Assembly: GCA_051001735.1 (NCBI GenBank)
Contig: JBPCNA010000060.1
Coordinates: forward strand, 1-62,853
Source: Solirubrobacteraceae bacterium
GTDB taxonomy: Bacteria; Actinomycetota; Thermoleophilia; Solirubrobacterales; Solirubrobacteraceae
Length of the DNA stretch: 62,853 nt
Direction: 5' to 3'
Below the pieces are notes generated by a model. The model ran no database searches. It saw nothing but the letters and a program-made list of their open reading frames with translations, and was not told the origin of the DNA. Both the position numbers and the translations under genes were made by a program. The stretch's first letter is position 1. Each line of letters begins with the position of its first letter. Positions 1 to 9,214 of this stretch are shown here, piece by piece.

Positions 1-72
1 CGTCCACCCCACAAGCGTCTTGCGCTCCCCATCCGTCAGGTCGATCGACACCGCAGCAGGCCCCCGTGGCAT
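1..72 (-). CDS. IS630-family transposase, extreme N-terminus only (gene continues beyond the left edge)
   Basis: Reverse-strand ATG at 72 (cat 70-72) gives MPRGPAAVSIDLTDGERKTLVGWT, typical of the HTH start of IS630-type transposases. Partial, so absent from the ORF track. Confidence 0.4.
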   Translation of the reverse strand, partial: MPRGPAAVSIDLTDGERKTLVGWT

Positions 73-194
73 ACCCAAACTATACCACAAACCAGGCCCA
101 AACTAATGACTCACGACACTAGCGACAGCAAACTAGCGGGTCGCGTGCCCTGCGGGTCTTCCAAACTCGATGCGTCGATGCCTCTGGGGTCAGT

Positions 195-645
195 AGGTTA
201 CCGCGATAGTCGCGGAGGTCGTGGAGCCGCCCCGGTCAACCACTCGACCTGCTGATTCCCAGGAAGCGCCAAGGCCCCGCGTGCTTCCCGACGAAGTGAT
301 GTGAGATGCGGAGCGTACGCGGGACGGCGAGGTGGTCCACGACTTGTACCTCGCTTCTTGAGCCGCGCCGCCGGTCGGAGCAGACGATCGTCGCGGTTGT
401 AATGGGGGCCTACGTCAACTACGTATCAACGCGTGAGGTCGATAGGCTCGTCGAGCAGCTCGGCATCGGCGGGATGACCAAGGACCGTGGCACCGCGCTC
501 TGCAAGGGCCTTGACGGGCAGGTCCAGGCGTTCCGGTCGCGGCCGCTGGAGGGCTCCTACCGTATTTGTGGCTGGATGCTACGAACGTCAAGGTCCGAGA
601 TCAGGGCCGCGTCGTCCCCAAAGCGATCGTGATCGCCTTTCGCAA
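195..645 (+). pseudogene. IS256-family (Mutator-type) transposase relic, internal fragment
   Basis: ORF 306..632 (LEPRRRSEQTIVAVVMGAYVNYVSTREVDRLVEQLGIGGMTKDR) and flanking nt are close copies of the intact IS256 transposase at about 29180-29560 (ctgctgattccc..gaagcgccaaggccccgcgt at 250 and 29230). The relic carries a ~60-nt insertion, has frame breaks and is truncated at both ends. Confidence 0.8.
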
Positions 646-689
646 TGACATACTGGACTCACCCCACGTGACGTAGTACGCGCACCGTT

Positions 690-1616
690 GTGAGCACGAA
701 ACGGCAGCCGAGGAACCTCATCGAAGCAGTCCGGTACTTCGCCGATCTGGACGTAGCAACCGAGTTCGTCGCCAAGCTCCGCTGGCCCAGCGGCCCGGCG
801 TGCCCGCGCTGTGGCGATATGGCCTACTCCTACCTGAGCACCCGCCGGGTCTGGAAGTGCAAGGGCTGTAAGAAGCAGTACAGCGTCAAGGTCGGCACGA
901 TTCTTGAGGACTCGCCGCTCGGGCTCGACAAGTGGCTCCCGGCGATCTGGCTGATCGCGAACAGCAAGAACGGGATCAGCTCCCACGAACTCGGCCGCGC
1001 TCTCGGCGTCACTCAGAAGTCCGCGTGGTTCATGCTGCACCGCATCCGACTCGCCATGCAGACGGGCACGTTTGAGAAGCTCGACGGGGCCGTAGAGGTT
1101 GACGAGACGTTCATCGGTGGCAGGGCTCGGAACATGCACAAGCATGTCCGGGCACGCAAGATCACCGGCCGGGGTGGCGCGGGCAAGGCCATCGTCGTCG
1201 GCGCCCGAGAGCGCGGCGGAGACGTGCGGGTCGCGGTCGTCGCGGACCGCAGTAGCGACACGCTGGGCGAGTTCGTCTGGGACACGATCCAGCCCGGTGC
1301 CGCCGTCTACACCGACGAGCACGGCGGGTACTCCGCGCTCAGCGGCGACTTCGCCCACGAAACGGTCGATCATGCCGAGCGCTACGTCGATGGGCAGGTC
1401 CATACGAACGGCATGGAGAACTTCTGGAGCCTGCTCAAGCGCGGCCTGCACGGCACATACGTCAGCGTCGAGCCGTTCCACTTGTTTCGATATCTGGACG
1501 AGCGCGTGTTCACGTTCAATCAGCGCGAGTTGTCCGACCTCGGACGCTTCGCAGCCGTGCTGAGCCTCGCGGCGGGCCGCAGACTGACCTACGCCGAACT
1601 CACCGGGCACCGCTAG
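690..1616 (+). CDS. IS1595-family (ISXO2-like) DDE transposase with N-terminal zinc ribbon
   Basis: 308 aa. CPRCG..CKGCKKQYSVKVGTILEDS zinc-ribbon/HTH N-terminus followed by VEVDETFIGG and YTDEHGGY DDE-type motifs characteristic of IS1595 transposases. Confidence 0.85.
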   Translation: MSTKRQPRNLIEAVRYFADLDVATEFVAKLRWPSGPACPRCGDMAYSYLSTRRVWKCKGCKKQYSVKVGTILEDSPLGLDKWLPAIWLIANSKNGISSHELGRALGVTQKSAWFMLHRIRLAMQTGTFEKLDGAVEVDETFIGGRARNMHKHVRARKITGRGGAGKAIVVGARERGGDVRVAVVADRSSDTLGEFVWDTIQPGAAVYTDEHGGYSALSGDFAHETVDHAERYVDGQVHTNGMENFWSLLKRGLHGTYVSVEPFHLFRYLDERVFTFNQRELSDLGRFAAVLSLAAGRRLTYAELTGHR

Positions 1617-2590
1617 CCCTCGTCCTTTCGCCTTTCGTCAATCTCCTTCTTGGGGACGTTGACAAGTCTGCGACTCAATGCCTCGAACCGAGCGAACTCG
1701 GACTCATCTTGAAGCGAGTCGAGTTGCGCCGCGTTCTCGCCAATCTCCTTCTTCCGGTTTGCTTCCATTTGTCCCGCCTTCCTGTTACGCCAGTCAACCA
1801 ACTGCTGATCGTTGAGCAGTTCGCGTACAGCTTCGATCGGGACAACTAGGGCAACCCCGGCGTTATCGCCTTCTGAACTGAAGTGACCCACCAACACCCC
1901 TAGCAGCGCCGAGAAACTAGTGAGTTGTACCGCTATGGACTTATCGTCAACGGGCCACATGTTCACGTAGGAATGATCGACATACACCGGCGACCCGCTG
2001 AAGCCCCCGCGCGCGTACGTATCGATGATGTGCGCTTGAGGCTCTGTCCGTGCATAAGGCGTCCCATCGGGATAACAATCGCGAACGGGTACGTCCTCGG
2101 CATACAACGCGCCAACGTTCGCCGCACGCATCATCGGGATGGCCTTGTCGGCCATCGTCGGAACATGGGTGAGCAGCCCGACGTAGTAGGCGTGGGTGCC
2201 AAGATCAACAACGACCCCTGGTGGGAACTTGTCAGAGAAGTACTGTTCCTCCTGCCAGTTCGCGATGTATTGGGTTGTGTCAAGATCGCAAGGAGCAGCG
2301 GCGATGTCGGCTGTGGAGTGAGACACCCAGCCTCCAACAAGCACGTCTTCGGGAGCGCCCCCGTCGTGGCGACGAAAGCGTATCCAGCGAGGCTCGCTGC
2401 GCACGCAATGACCGGCCGTAACGAAGTACTTGAGCCACGCCCCGTGCTCGCCGGGAAGTCCGACTATGAACGCAGTACCTCCCGGCGTGATCTTTCCGTC
2501 TCCACTTTCCGCGCAGACGAACATCACGCAGCGCTGCTGGTTCTCAGAAGGTGGCACGAATCCTCGAAGCGGTCGCTTCCATGGCGCCAT
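1613..2590 (-). CDS. trypsin-like (PA clan, S1-type) serine protease, no signal peptide, charged helical C-terminal tail
   Basis: 325 aa with a catalytic triad context: TAGHC (His), ADIAAA (Asp), GGFSGSPVY (Ser). The last ~70 aa are Lys/Glu/Arg-rich (NRKKEIGENAAQLDSLQDESEFARFEALSRRL). GC content is visibly lower than the surroundings. Its stop overlaps the transposase stop in one CTAG. Confidence 0.75.
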   Translation of the reverse strand: MAPWKRPLRGFVPPSENQQRCVMFVCAESGDGKITPGGTAFIVGLPGEHGAWLKYFVTAGHCVRSEPRWIRFRRHDGGAPEDVLVGGWVSHSTADIAAAPCDLDTTQYIANWQEEQYFSDKFPPGVVVDLGTHAYYVGLLTHVPTMADKAIPMMRAANVGALYAEDVPVRDCYPDGTPYARTEPQAHIIDTYARGGFSGSPVYVDHSYVNMWPVDDKSIAVQLTSFSALLGVLVGHFSSEGDNAGVALVVPIEAVRELLNDQQLVDWRNRKAGQMEANRKKEIGENAAQLDSLQDESEFARFEALSRRLVNVPKKEIDERRKDEG

Positions 2591-2900
2591 TATACGCCTC
2601 CGCCGGGTGAGTCAAGTACGTCATTGCCCTTCGTTTCACTTCCTTGCGTGGGACAGATCCCGCGGAACAACGGTGGATTGAGGCTGAGCTCCCCCGCGTC
2701 GTGCGCGTTTGCGGCCGGAGCGCGCGCGGCGCCTGTACGCAGCCGCGCAAGCGCGTGATCCTACAGCGCGTCAGGGGACTTGCGCCCGCGTTGGCCCGCG
2801 GGATTGCGCCCCGCCCAAAAGCTGGAAAAAGGAGCGAGGCCCCCTTGTCCCTGGCGGACGGGTAGGGCGCGAACGCGTTGGGTATTGGTTCTGGGGAGGC

Positions 2901-4139
2901 TCAGCGGTAAACGCCGGTGTGGCCGAGCGAGAAGCGGCCGGGCTGGGGAAAGATGCTCAGTCCGTGGGGTCCGCGACCCACGCGAATGCGTGCTCGCAGC
3001 CGGCCGCTGCGTGTGTCTATCGCGTAGACCTCCGCGTTGTAGCGTCCGGTCAGCCACAGAATGGTTCCGTCGCGGGAAACCCCGCCCATGTCGGGGCTAC
3101 CGCCGGGTATTCGCCAGGTCCGTAGTACGCGCCGTGCCCCGAACCCCACGACCGACACCGTTCCGGCGCGTCGATTGGTTACGTATAGGTCTCGCGTGTC
3201 ACGACTCAGGTAGAGGCCGTGACTGTCGGCGCCTGTCGGCAGGAAGCCGAGCACACGGAAGCGGGCGGCGTCGATCAGGTACAGCCCGCCCCTGGTCTTG
3301 TCCGCGACGTAGAACACGCGTCCGTCGGGCGAGAGCTTGACGTCTTGGGGGCTGGCCCCCGTGGGAAGCAGGAGGCTGCGCAGCAGTCGGTGACGCTTGG
3401 CGTCGACCTCAATCATCTTGTTGGCAAACTCGCAGCTGGCGAGTATGGTGCCCCCGTCCGCGGTGAAGTCAAGGTGGTCGACCCCGGGACAGGGGACGCG
3501 CACCGACTGGTGGAGGCGCATCGTGCTCGCGCCACGGAAATCGAGCCGCCCCCGCGCCTCAGCGACGACAATCGCCTCGTGCCCACCGGGTGAGAAGTAC
3601 AGGTTGTAGGGGTTAGTCACCGGCCGCGTCCCCGTTGCAAGCCCGGTGCGGGGATCGATCGCGGTCAAGGTGTTCGAGTGATCGTTATCGACCCACAACG
3701 TCTTGAGATCATAGGAGGGGGTGACATGCTGCGGCAGGGTGCCGACCCTCAACGTGCGGACAACCCGAAACGAAGCCGGATCGATAACGTCAACCGTGCC
3801 ACTGTTGCTATTCGGCACGTACACCCGGGTGGGCACGTTAGCGACCGCGGCGCTGAGTGCCGATGTCGCGGTCGCGGCGTAGATGTTTACATCATCCGAC
3901 CCTCGTCCAGCGGCCTGGCCGCGCTCGGCCGAACGGGTGCGACTGCCATGGGCTCCGTGACGGTCACGCGCGACGATCGCTCCGCCTGTCGCGGCGAGGA
4001 TCGCGATCGCAGCGAGCAGTCGTGCCTGACCCGAGAAGCGGCGGCGACGTTCCCGCGGTAGCGGACGGTGCCCCCGCGAGGCAGACGACGCCTCTGGAGT
4101 CCCCCACGCGCCGGGCTGCTCTTGATCAATGAATGTCAT
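2901..4139 (-). CDS. YVTN-family beta-propeller repeat protein, membrane-anchored or secreted
   Basis: Repeated YVPNSNSGTVDVID / YVADKTRGGLYLID / YVTNRRAGTVSVV units. Start placed at the internal ATG (4139, MTFIDQ) preceding the hydrophobic anchor LLAAIAILAATGGAIVA. ORF track gives 2901..4337. Confidence 0.75.
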   Translation of the reverse strand: MTFIDQEQPGAWGTPEASSASRGHRPLPRERRRRFSGQARLLAAIAILAATGGAIVARDRHGAHGSRTRSAERGQAAGRGSDDVNIYAATATSALSAAVANVPTRVYVPNSNSGTVDVIDPASFRVVRTLRVGTLPQHVTPSYDLKTLWVDNDHSNTLTAIDPRTGLATGTRPVTNPYNLYFSPGGHEAIVVAEARGRLDFRGASTMRLHQSVRVPCPGVDHLDFTADGGTILASCEFANKMIEVDAKRHRLLRSLLLPTGASPQDVKLSPDGRVFYVADKTRGGLYLIDAARFRVLGFLPTGADSHGLYLSRDTRDLYVTNRRAGTVSVVGFGARRVLRTWRIPGGSPDMGGVSRDGTILWLTGRYNAEVYAIDTRSGRLRARIRVGRGPHGLSIFPQPGRFSLGHTGVYR

Positions 4140-4547
4140 CGGCCAGTCGTCACGTGGGTTGGGGTAGGAGGGCCGGCATGAAATGCCTGTGCCTCCCGCG
4201 TCTCCGACATGGCGGCGGAGCTTCAGCTCCGGTGGCGCGTGGCTGTAGCAACTCGAGCCACGGCGCGCCCCATAGTCCGACACGACATCGGACCTGCGAA
4301 GCGACCGGCGCGAATGCGCAACACTTGCTCGACTCATACGTGTTCAGCGCAACGAAGGGTGGGGCCTTTCCGTAAGCGGTCCCCGGCCGTCGCGGCCCTT
4401 TGGGGTTGCGGCGTCCAGCCGCCAGGATGCCGTCGTGCCGGCGTCTCGCTGAAGCTCGGCGTTGACGCCGACATTCCGCCCGGTCAAAGTCGTGGCCAAC
4501 AGCGGCCATGCCGTCAGTGCGCTTGAGCGGCGAGGACAGTGTGGCGC

Positions 4548-5162
4548 TCACGATCGACAGTGGTCAGCGTGCGCGGCGGCGATACCGCGCTCAAGTTGGC
4601 GTTGACGAAGCAGCCCAATCGCCTCGGCGACCGCGTGACCGTCGGGAGCGATGAAGAACGTCACCGGGAAACCGCCGACGCTCCAGCGTCGTGCGGTCGC
4701 GTCGCCGCTTTCGCGGACGCTAGGGTAGCTGATGGCGTAGCGACCTAGAAACGCGCGGGCGTCAGCGAGGGCATCGTCTTGGTTGACGCCGAGGACGAGC
4801 ACACGGCCATGCTGCTGCTGCCAGGCGCGCTGAAGGAGCGGCGCCTCGAGGCGGCAGGGATCGCACCACGATGCCCAGAAGTTGACGACAACGACGCGCC
4901 CGCGCAGTTCGGCGAGATTGACTTGGTCGTCAGCCGCGGCGAGCCGCCAGGCCCGCTGGATGCCTCCCGGCACGCGGCCTGCCGCAAGAACCGGCAGTTT
5001 GAGCAGCGGCGCCGCGGTGAAGCGAGGCTGCAGAAGCGGCGCGTCGTCGCGCGGGCCGCGCGCGCCGCCGGCCACGCGCAGGCCCACCGCCGCAGCAGCG
5101 GCGGCGACCAGCGACAGAGCACCGGCGAACGCCAGCAGGACGATCCTTGAGCGAGGCGACAT
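4548..5162 (-). CDS. TlpA/ResA-type thioredoxin-fold thiol:disulfide oxidoreductase
   Basis: N-terminal anchor IVLLAFAGALSLVAAAAAA and the VVVVNFWASWCDPC active-site motif. Overall TlpA/DsbE-like layout. Confidence 0.85.
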   Translation of the reverse strand: MSPRSRIVLLAFAGALSLVAAAAAAVGLRVAGGARGPRDDAPLLQPRFTAAPLLKLPVLAAGRVPGGIQRAWRLAAADDQVNLAELRGRVVVVNFWASWCDPCRLEAPLLQRAWQQQHGRVLVLGVNQDDALADARAFLGRYAISYPSVRESGDATARRWSVGGFPVTFFIAPDGHAVAEAIGLLRQRQLERGIAAAHADHCRS

Positions 5163-5307
5163 GGGTTGCCATTCTCGCGCACCGGCGCGCCGCGGCGCGG
5201 CAAGTCCGACAGGACGTCGGACGGGCCGCTACGATCACGGGGTGCGTGTCTCAGGTGGTTCAGTGCCGCAGACGGCGCTACAGCCTTGCGGAACGGGCGG
5301 CGCGTCG

Positions 5308-5753
5308 ATGCGGAACTGGTCAACACGTCGCTGGAGCGTTGCGGCCGGCGCGTCGGTCGTCGTCGCGCTGGGGATTGGCGCCCCCACCGGCATCGTGCCC
5401 ACGGGCGTCTTCACGCGGATGACACCCGTTATCTGGTGGGACTACCCGGGTTGGGCAATCTCCGCGCAGCTCCTCGGTCTGACCGCCGCGACCTACATGA
5501 GAGCCGGCGAGCCAGCATTCCCGGAGCACGATCGCAGTCGCCGCACGCTGGGCGCGACCCTGCTCTCGACCGCCGCGGTCGCCTGCCCCGTCTGCAACAA
5601 GATCGTTGTGGCGTTGATCGGCGTCAGCGGAGCGCTGAACTACTGGGCACCGCTGCAACCCGTGATCGGGCGTGCTAAGCATCTTGCTCCTGATCACCGG
5701 CTTGACCGTGCGACTACGCGGCCAGACTGCCTGCGCGTTGCCTGTCGGCTGAT
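5308..5753 (+). CDS. small multi-pass membrane protein with CPVC motif, reading frame broken at 5669-5671
   Basis: ATG at 5308 inside ORF 4882..6030 (MRNWSTRRWSVAAGASVVVALGIG...AAVACPVCNKIVVALIGVSGALNYWAPLQPVIG). After the GGG at 5669-5671 the next frame gives a hydrophobic end VLSILLLITGLTVRLRGQTACALPVG with a stop at 5751-5753. The in-frame continuation to 6030 is Arg/Pro/Gly-rich noise. Confidence 0.5.
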
Positions 5754-6030
5754 GCGGCACCCGGGTGCGAGAGCCTCGCCGGACGACGCGACACCCGCGG
5801 GCGGCGGCGCACCGGGACGGGCGGCGCGGCCAGGCTGGATCCGGCAAGGTCGCGACGGGTTTCTTGGCGGTGGCCCCAAGCCCGTGTCGGGACTCGACCG
5901 AGCGGGCACCTCTCGCGCGGGGGTGCGGCGGTGGCAGGGCGTGCGCGACGGCCGGGTTGGGCGGGCGATGGTTTGCGGCTACGACGGCGCGCCGGGAAGC
6001 GCGATGCCGGCATGCCGAGGTCGGTGCTGA

Positions 6031-6768
6031 GTGGTTAGCAGCCCGAGCCTGTTGCTGGCCTTCGCGGCGGGCGTCGTGTCGTTCGTTTCGCCGTGCTGCC
6101 TGCCACTTGTCCCGGGTTACCTGGCGACGGTGTGCGGTGCGCGGCCTAGAGAGGCTTCGCGGTCGGGCGTGGACGCGCGAGTGCTGGGTCGAAGCTTGCT
6201 TTTCGTGGGCACGTTCTCGGCAATCTTCATTCTGCTCGGCCTTGGCGCGACCGCGATCGGTTCGTTCCTATTTACGAACAAGCCGCTGCTGAACCAGGTC
6301 GCGGGTGGGGCGATCATCGTCATGGGCGTCATGTTCGTAGCCTCGGTGTTCGTGGTGCGCCTGAACCGCGACTTCCGCCCGCCTGGCCTCCTTGAGCGCG
6401 CCGGCCGCGGCGGCCCGGTGGTCGCCGGCGCCGCGTTCGCGCTCGCGTGGACGCCGTGCGTGGGGCCAACGCTCGGCGCGATCCTTGGCTTGGCAGCGAC
6501 CCTTGACGGAACGGCCAACGCTGGGCTGCTGCTCGGCGTCTACTCCGCGGGTCTCGCACTGCCGTTCCTGTTCTCGGCAGCGGCGTTCAACAAGGCCACG
6601 CGCGCCTTCGGGTTCTTCAAACGCCATTACGCCGCGATCCAACTCGGCTCCGGAGTGGTACTCGTCGCGATGGGATATCTCGTCGTCACCGGCGAGTTGT
6701 TCCGCCTGAACATCGAAGCTCAGCATCTTCTCGGCACGCTCGGACTCAACTTTTTCCAAAGCGTGTGA
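6031..6768 (+). CDS. ccdA: cytochrome c biogenesis / thiol-disulfide electron transfer membrane protein CcdA (DsbD family)
   Basis: 245 aa, six hydrophobic segments. FVSPCCLPLVPGYL and WTPCVGPTLGAILG motifs are typical of CcdA. Confidence 0.9.
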   Translation: MVSSPSLLLAFAAGVVSFVSPCCLPLVPGYLATVCGARPREASRSGVDARVLGRSLLFVGTFSAIFILLGLGATAIGSFLFTNKPLLNQVAGGAIIVMGVMFVASVFVVRLNRDFRPPGLLERAGRGGPVVAGAAFALAWTPCVGPTLGAILGLAATLDGTANAGLLLGVYSAGLALPFLFSAAAFNKATRAFGFFKRHYAAIQLGSGVVLVAMGYLVVTGELFRLNIEAQHLLGTLGLNFFQSV

Positions 6769-6908
6769 ACCTGTCGTGACGACCCGCCCGGCCAGCCGTT
6801 CGCGCGCGAAATTGGATTCCCGGACAACGGCGACATGTCGGCCCGTGACGCCTGGCCAGGGGTTTGGCGGGAACCCGAGCGCGCTGGACGCTCGGCACCT
6901 CGGTGCGG

Positions 6909-7250
6909 CTACCCCTCGGCGGCGGGTACGGTGGAGGTGGCCATCTTTGCCCCGTACTTTTCGTCGATCTGGGCGGCTTTGTAGTAGATGATCGCGCCGA
7001 TCCAGATCACTAGGAACAGCCCGACGATGATCCTGCCGGCGGTGTTGACGTCGATCCCGCTGATGTAGTTGCGGGGCTGAGTGGCGAGGTTGAGTTGCTG
7101 GCTGAGCAGGCCGAGAAGTTCGATGGTGCCGATCACGAACGCGACGAAGCTCGAGTCGCTGGTGGTGGTGATGTTGTAGTAGATCTTGCGAACCGCGGTG
7201 ACGACGCTCGGCTGTAGGCCTTTGACATGAAGACGCCGTCGATGGTGTCC
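6909..7250 (-). pseudogene. HoxN/NixA-type nickel/cobalt transporter (NiCoT) relic, C-terminal third only
   Basis: Reverse strand reads MDTIDGVFMSKAYS, then after a frame break VVTAVRKIYYNITTTSDSSFVAFVIGTIELLGLL...IIVGLFLVIWIGAIIYYK. This matches the conserved last helices of NiCoT permeases. An in-frame TAG lies just upstream and there is no N-terminal part. Confidence 0.65.
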
Positions 7251-7342
7251 ATACGCCTCCCGTACTTCCGGCGCTATCGGGCGCCGGCCGCGATGCCCCG
7301 GGCTTGGGCCCTACGGGACGGTCGCATTGCAGCGCGGGGCCG

Positions 7343-8947
7343 TCAGTTGACTGGTCGGGCGCTCTCGGCGATCGCGAGCATCTGTTGGTTGTTGAGCAGG
7401 CTGTCGAGCGTGTTGTTCAACCAGTAGACGGAGGTGGGCAGACGCCAGGCGACGGTGCGGATGTGGGCGCCCTCAATGTAGACGTCGTAGGTGCGCCCGC
7501 CGATCGTACGACTCTGGTGGGCGCCGGCGAGGATCGGCGGCGAGGTCCAGTCGGTGCCTTCGACCCCGTAGTACTCGCCGGTCAGGCCGCGGGAGATCGA
7601 GATCGCGTAGGCGCGATGAGGTGTCGCTTGCTCGTCGGGCAGCGTGTATCCGCGTACGATGTCCGGTGCGCCGCCGCTTTGCAGTCGCAGCCGCGGGGCG
7701 TAGAGCTTGATCGGCAGCCCGACGGAGGCGCTGTTGGCGAGGCCGATGTCGCCCGGCGGTGTCGGCGTCAGGCCGAGCCGGGTGATCTGGCGGGCGCTGG
7801 TGGCGCGGCGTAGGTTGATCGCGGGGACGTGCACCCGCGCCGGCGGCGTGGCGCCCAGGAAGTCGTCGACCGTAGCACGGATCTGTTGGTGAGTTGCGGT
7901 GACGTAGCTGCCTCCGTTGATCGTCACGTTCGGGTCGCCCTGGAACTTGACCTGGCGGACAGGCCGCCCGAGCGAGAAGGCCGCCAATTTGAACAGTTGG
8001 AAGATTGTGGCCGTGCCGTGGATGTCGGTTTGCACTGACGCGCGGAGGGCTCGCAGCAGTCGATCCTCGTTGTTGATGAGGCCGGAGACGCCGACCTGCT
8101 GCTTGGCTTGGCGGACCAGGTCCTGTTGGCGGGCGACGCGGACGAAGTCGCTGTCGGTGTGGCGGTAGCGGGCGTAGTCGAGGGCCGTCTGATCGCAGAG
8201 CCGCTGGTATCCCGGGGGGATGTCGATGCTCGAGTAGTTCGTGTCGGCCGTCCCGATGTTGCGGTTGTAGTAGTGGCGGTCGACGAACACGTACACGCAG
8301 CCGATCGCGTCGATCACGCGGCGAAAGCCCCTGAAGTTGATGTCGATGATGTGCTGGATCGTGAGCCCCGGCAGCGCCTGTTCGAGTGTCTTGGCTGCCA
8401 GCGCGGCGCCACCGATGGCATACGCCGCGTTGATCTTCTGCACGCTAGTCCCTTTGGAGCCTGCGTCGATTGTGGTGCGCAGGTCGCGCGGCACCGAAAG
8501 CACCGAGGTCTGGTTCTTCGCCGGGTCCATACGAACCAGCAGCAGGGTGTCGGAATGTGCGGGGCTGGTGCGGTCGGTGAGGTTGCTCGCCAGGGGCCGC
8601 CGGTCAGTCCCGATCACGAGGATCGTTTGGGCCGTTCCGGCCTGCGCCGGGGTGATCACGCCGCTGCTCGGATGAAGCGTCGCCGGCCCCAGCAAATCGG
8701 AGACATGCTTGACCTCCAACAGGACCGCCGACGACGTAGCTGCAGCCATGAGCACAACGATCGCGACGCTCCCGAGCAAGAACCGCTTCCACACGCCAGG
8801 GGTCTTCTGAAGAGGCTCGAGCGGCATCACGGGCGTCCATTCCCGCGCGCGGTGACGGATCCGCCGCCCGGTCCGAGACTTCGAGCGCCGGGTTTGCGCG
8901 CGGACTCGCGCCGCGCGACGCGGTCGCGGAGTACCCGGAGAACGCAC
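7343..8947 (-). CDS. LCP (LytR-CpsA-Psr) family cell-wall glycopolymer ligase with C-terminal LytR_C-like domain
   Basis: ILVIGTDRR...HSDTLLLVRMDP...SVLSVPRDL...INAAYAIGG...IDINFRGFRRVIDAIGCV. The TM anchor WKRFLLGSVAIVVLMAAATSS suggests the real start may be the ATG at 8827. Confidence 0.85.
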   Translation of the reverse strand: MRSPGTPRPRRAARVRAQTRRSKSRTGRRIRHRAREWTPVMPLEPLQKTPGVWKRFLLGSVAIVVLMAAATSSAVLLEVKHVSDLLGPATLHPSSGVITPAQAGTAQTILVIGTDRRPLASNLTDRTSPAHSDTLLLVRMDPAKNQTSVLSVPRDLRTTIDAGSKGTSVQKINAAYAIGGAALAAKTLEQALPGLTIQHIIDINFRGFRRVIDAIGCVYVFVDRHYYNRNIGTADTNYSSIDIPPGYQRLCDQTALDYARYRHTDSDFVRVARQQDLVRQAKQQVGVSGLINNEDRLLRALRASVQTDIHGTATIFQLFKLAAFSLGRPVRQVKFQGDPNVTINGGSYVTATHQQIRATVDDFLGATPPARVHVPAINLRRATSARQITRLGLTPTPPGDIGLANSASVGLPIKLYAPRLRLQSGGAPDIVRGYTLPDEQATPHRAYAISISRGLTGEYYGVEGTDWTSPPILAGAHQSRTIGGRTYDVYIEGAHIRTVAWRLPTSVYWLNNTLDSLLNNQQMLAIAESARPVN

Positions 8948-9214
8948 GGGCGGGGCACGACTTGTTGGGATGGCGTTGACCGGGCCTGGGTCCAGGTCGC
9001 CGGTTGGGACCCCGGGCGGGCAATGGCGCTGGAGGAGGATGCGGTCAACGGAGCAAGCGGTCCACGATCAGGTCCGAGCTCGATCTCCGCAACCAGCCGG
9101 CCGCGGTGCCCGCGCTCGCAGCGACGCGGAGCCGGCAGCGCCGGCCTGGCCGGCCGATCCGGCGAGGCCTGGCGACCCCGCCTCGTTCGCAGCCACGCTC
9201 CCCATGGGTCAGAT

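Larger units (their letters stand above)
642..2627 (+). mobile_element. IS1595-family element with passenger gene (transposase plus trypsin-like protease) bounded by 23-bp inverted repeats
   Basis: gcaatgacatactggactcaccc (642-664) is the reverse complement of gggtgagtcaagtacgtcattgc (2605-2627) at 21 of 23 positions. Only the two convergent genes lie between them. Flanks cctttcg / ccttcg are a possible target duplication. Confidence 0.65.

Noticed and set aside
588-1610. 340-aa ORF on the reverse strand
   Set aside because: It is exactly antisense to the well-supported IS1595 transposase. Its composition is Ala/Arg/Gly/Pro-rich, typical of shadow ORFs in GC-rich DNA.
4882-6030. 382-aa ORF taken as a single gene
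   Set aside because: The first 140 codons are antisense to the TlpA-like gene, and the last ~90 are Arg/Pro/Gly noise. Only the middle part (5308 onward) looks like a membrane protein, and it seems to end in another frame at 5753.
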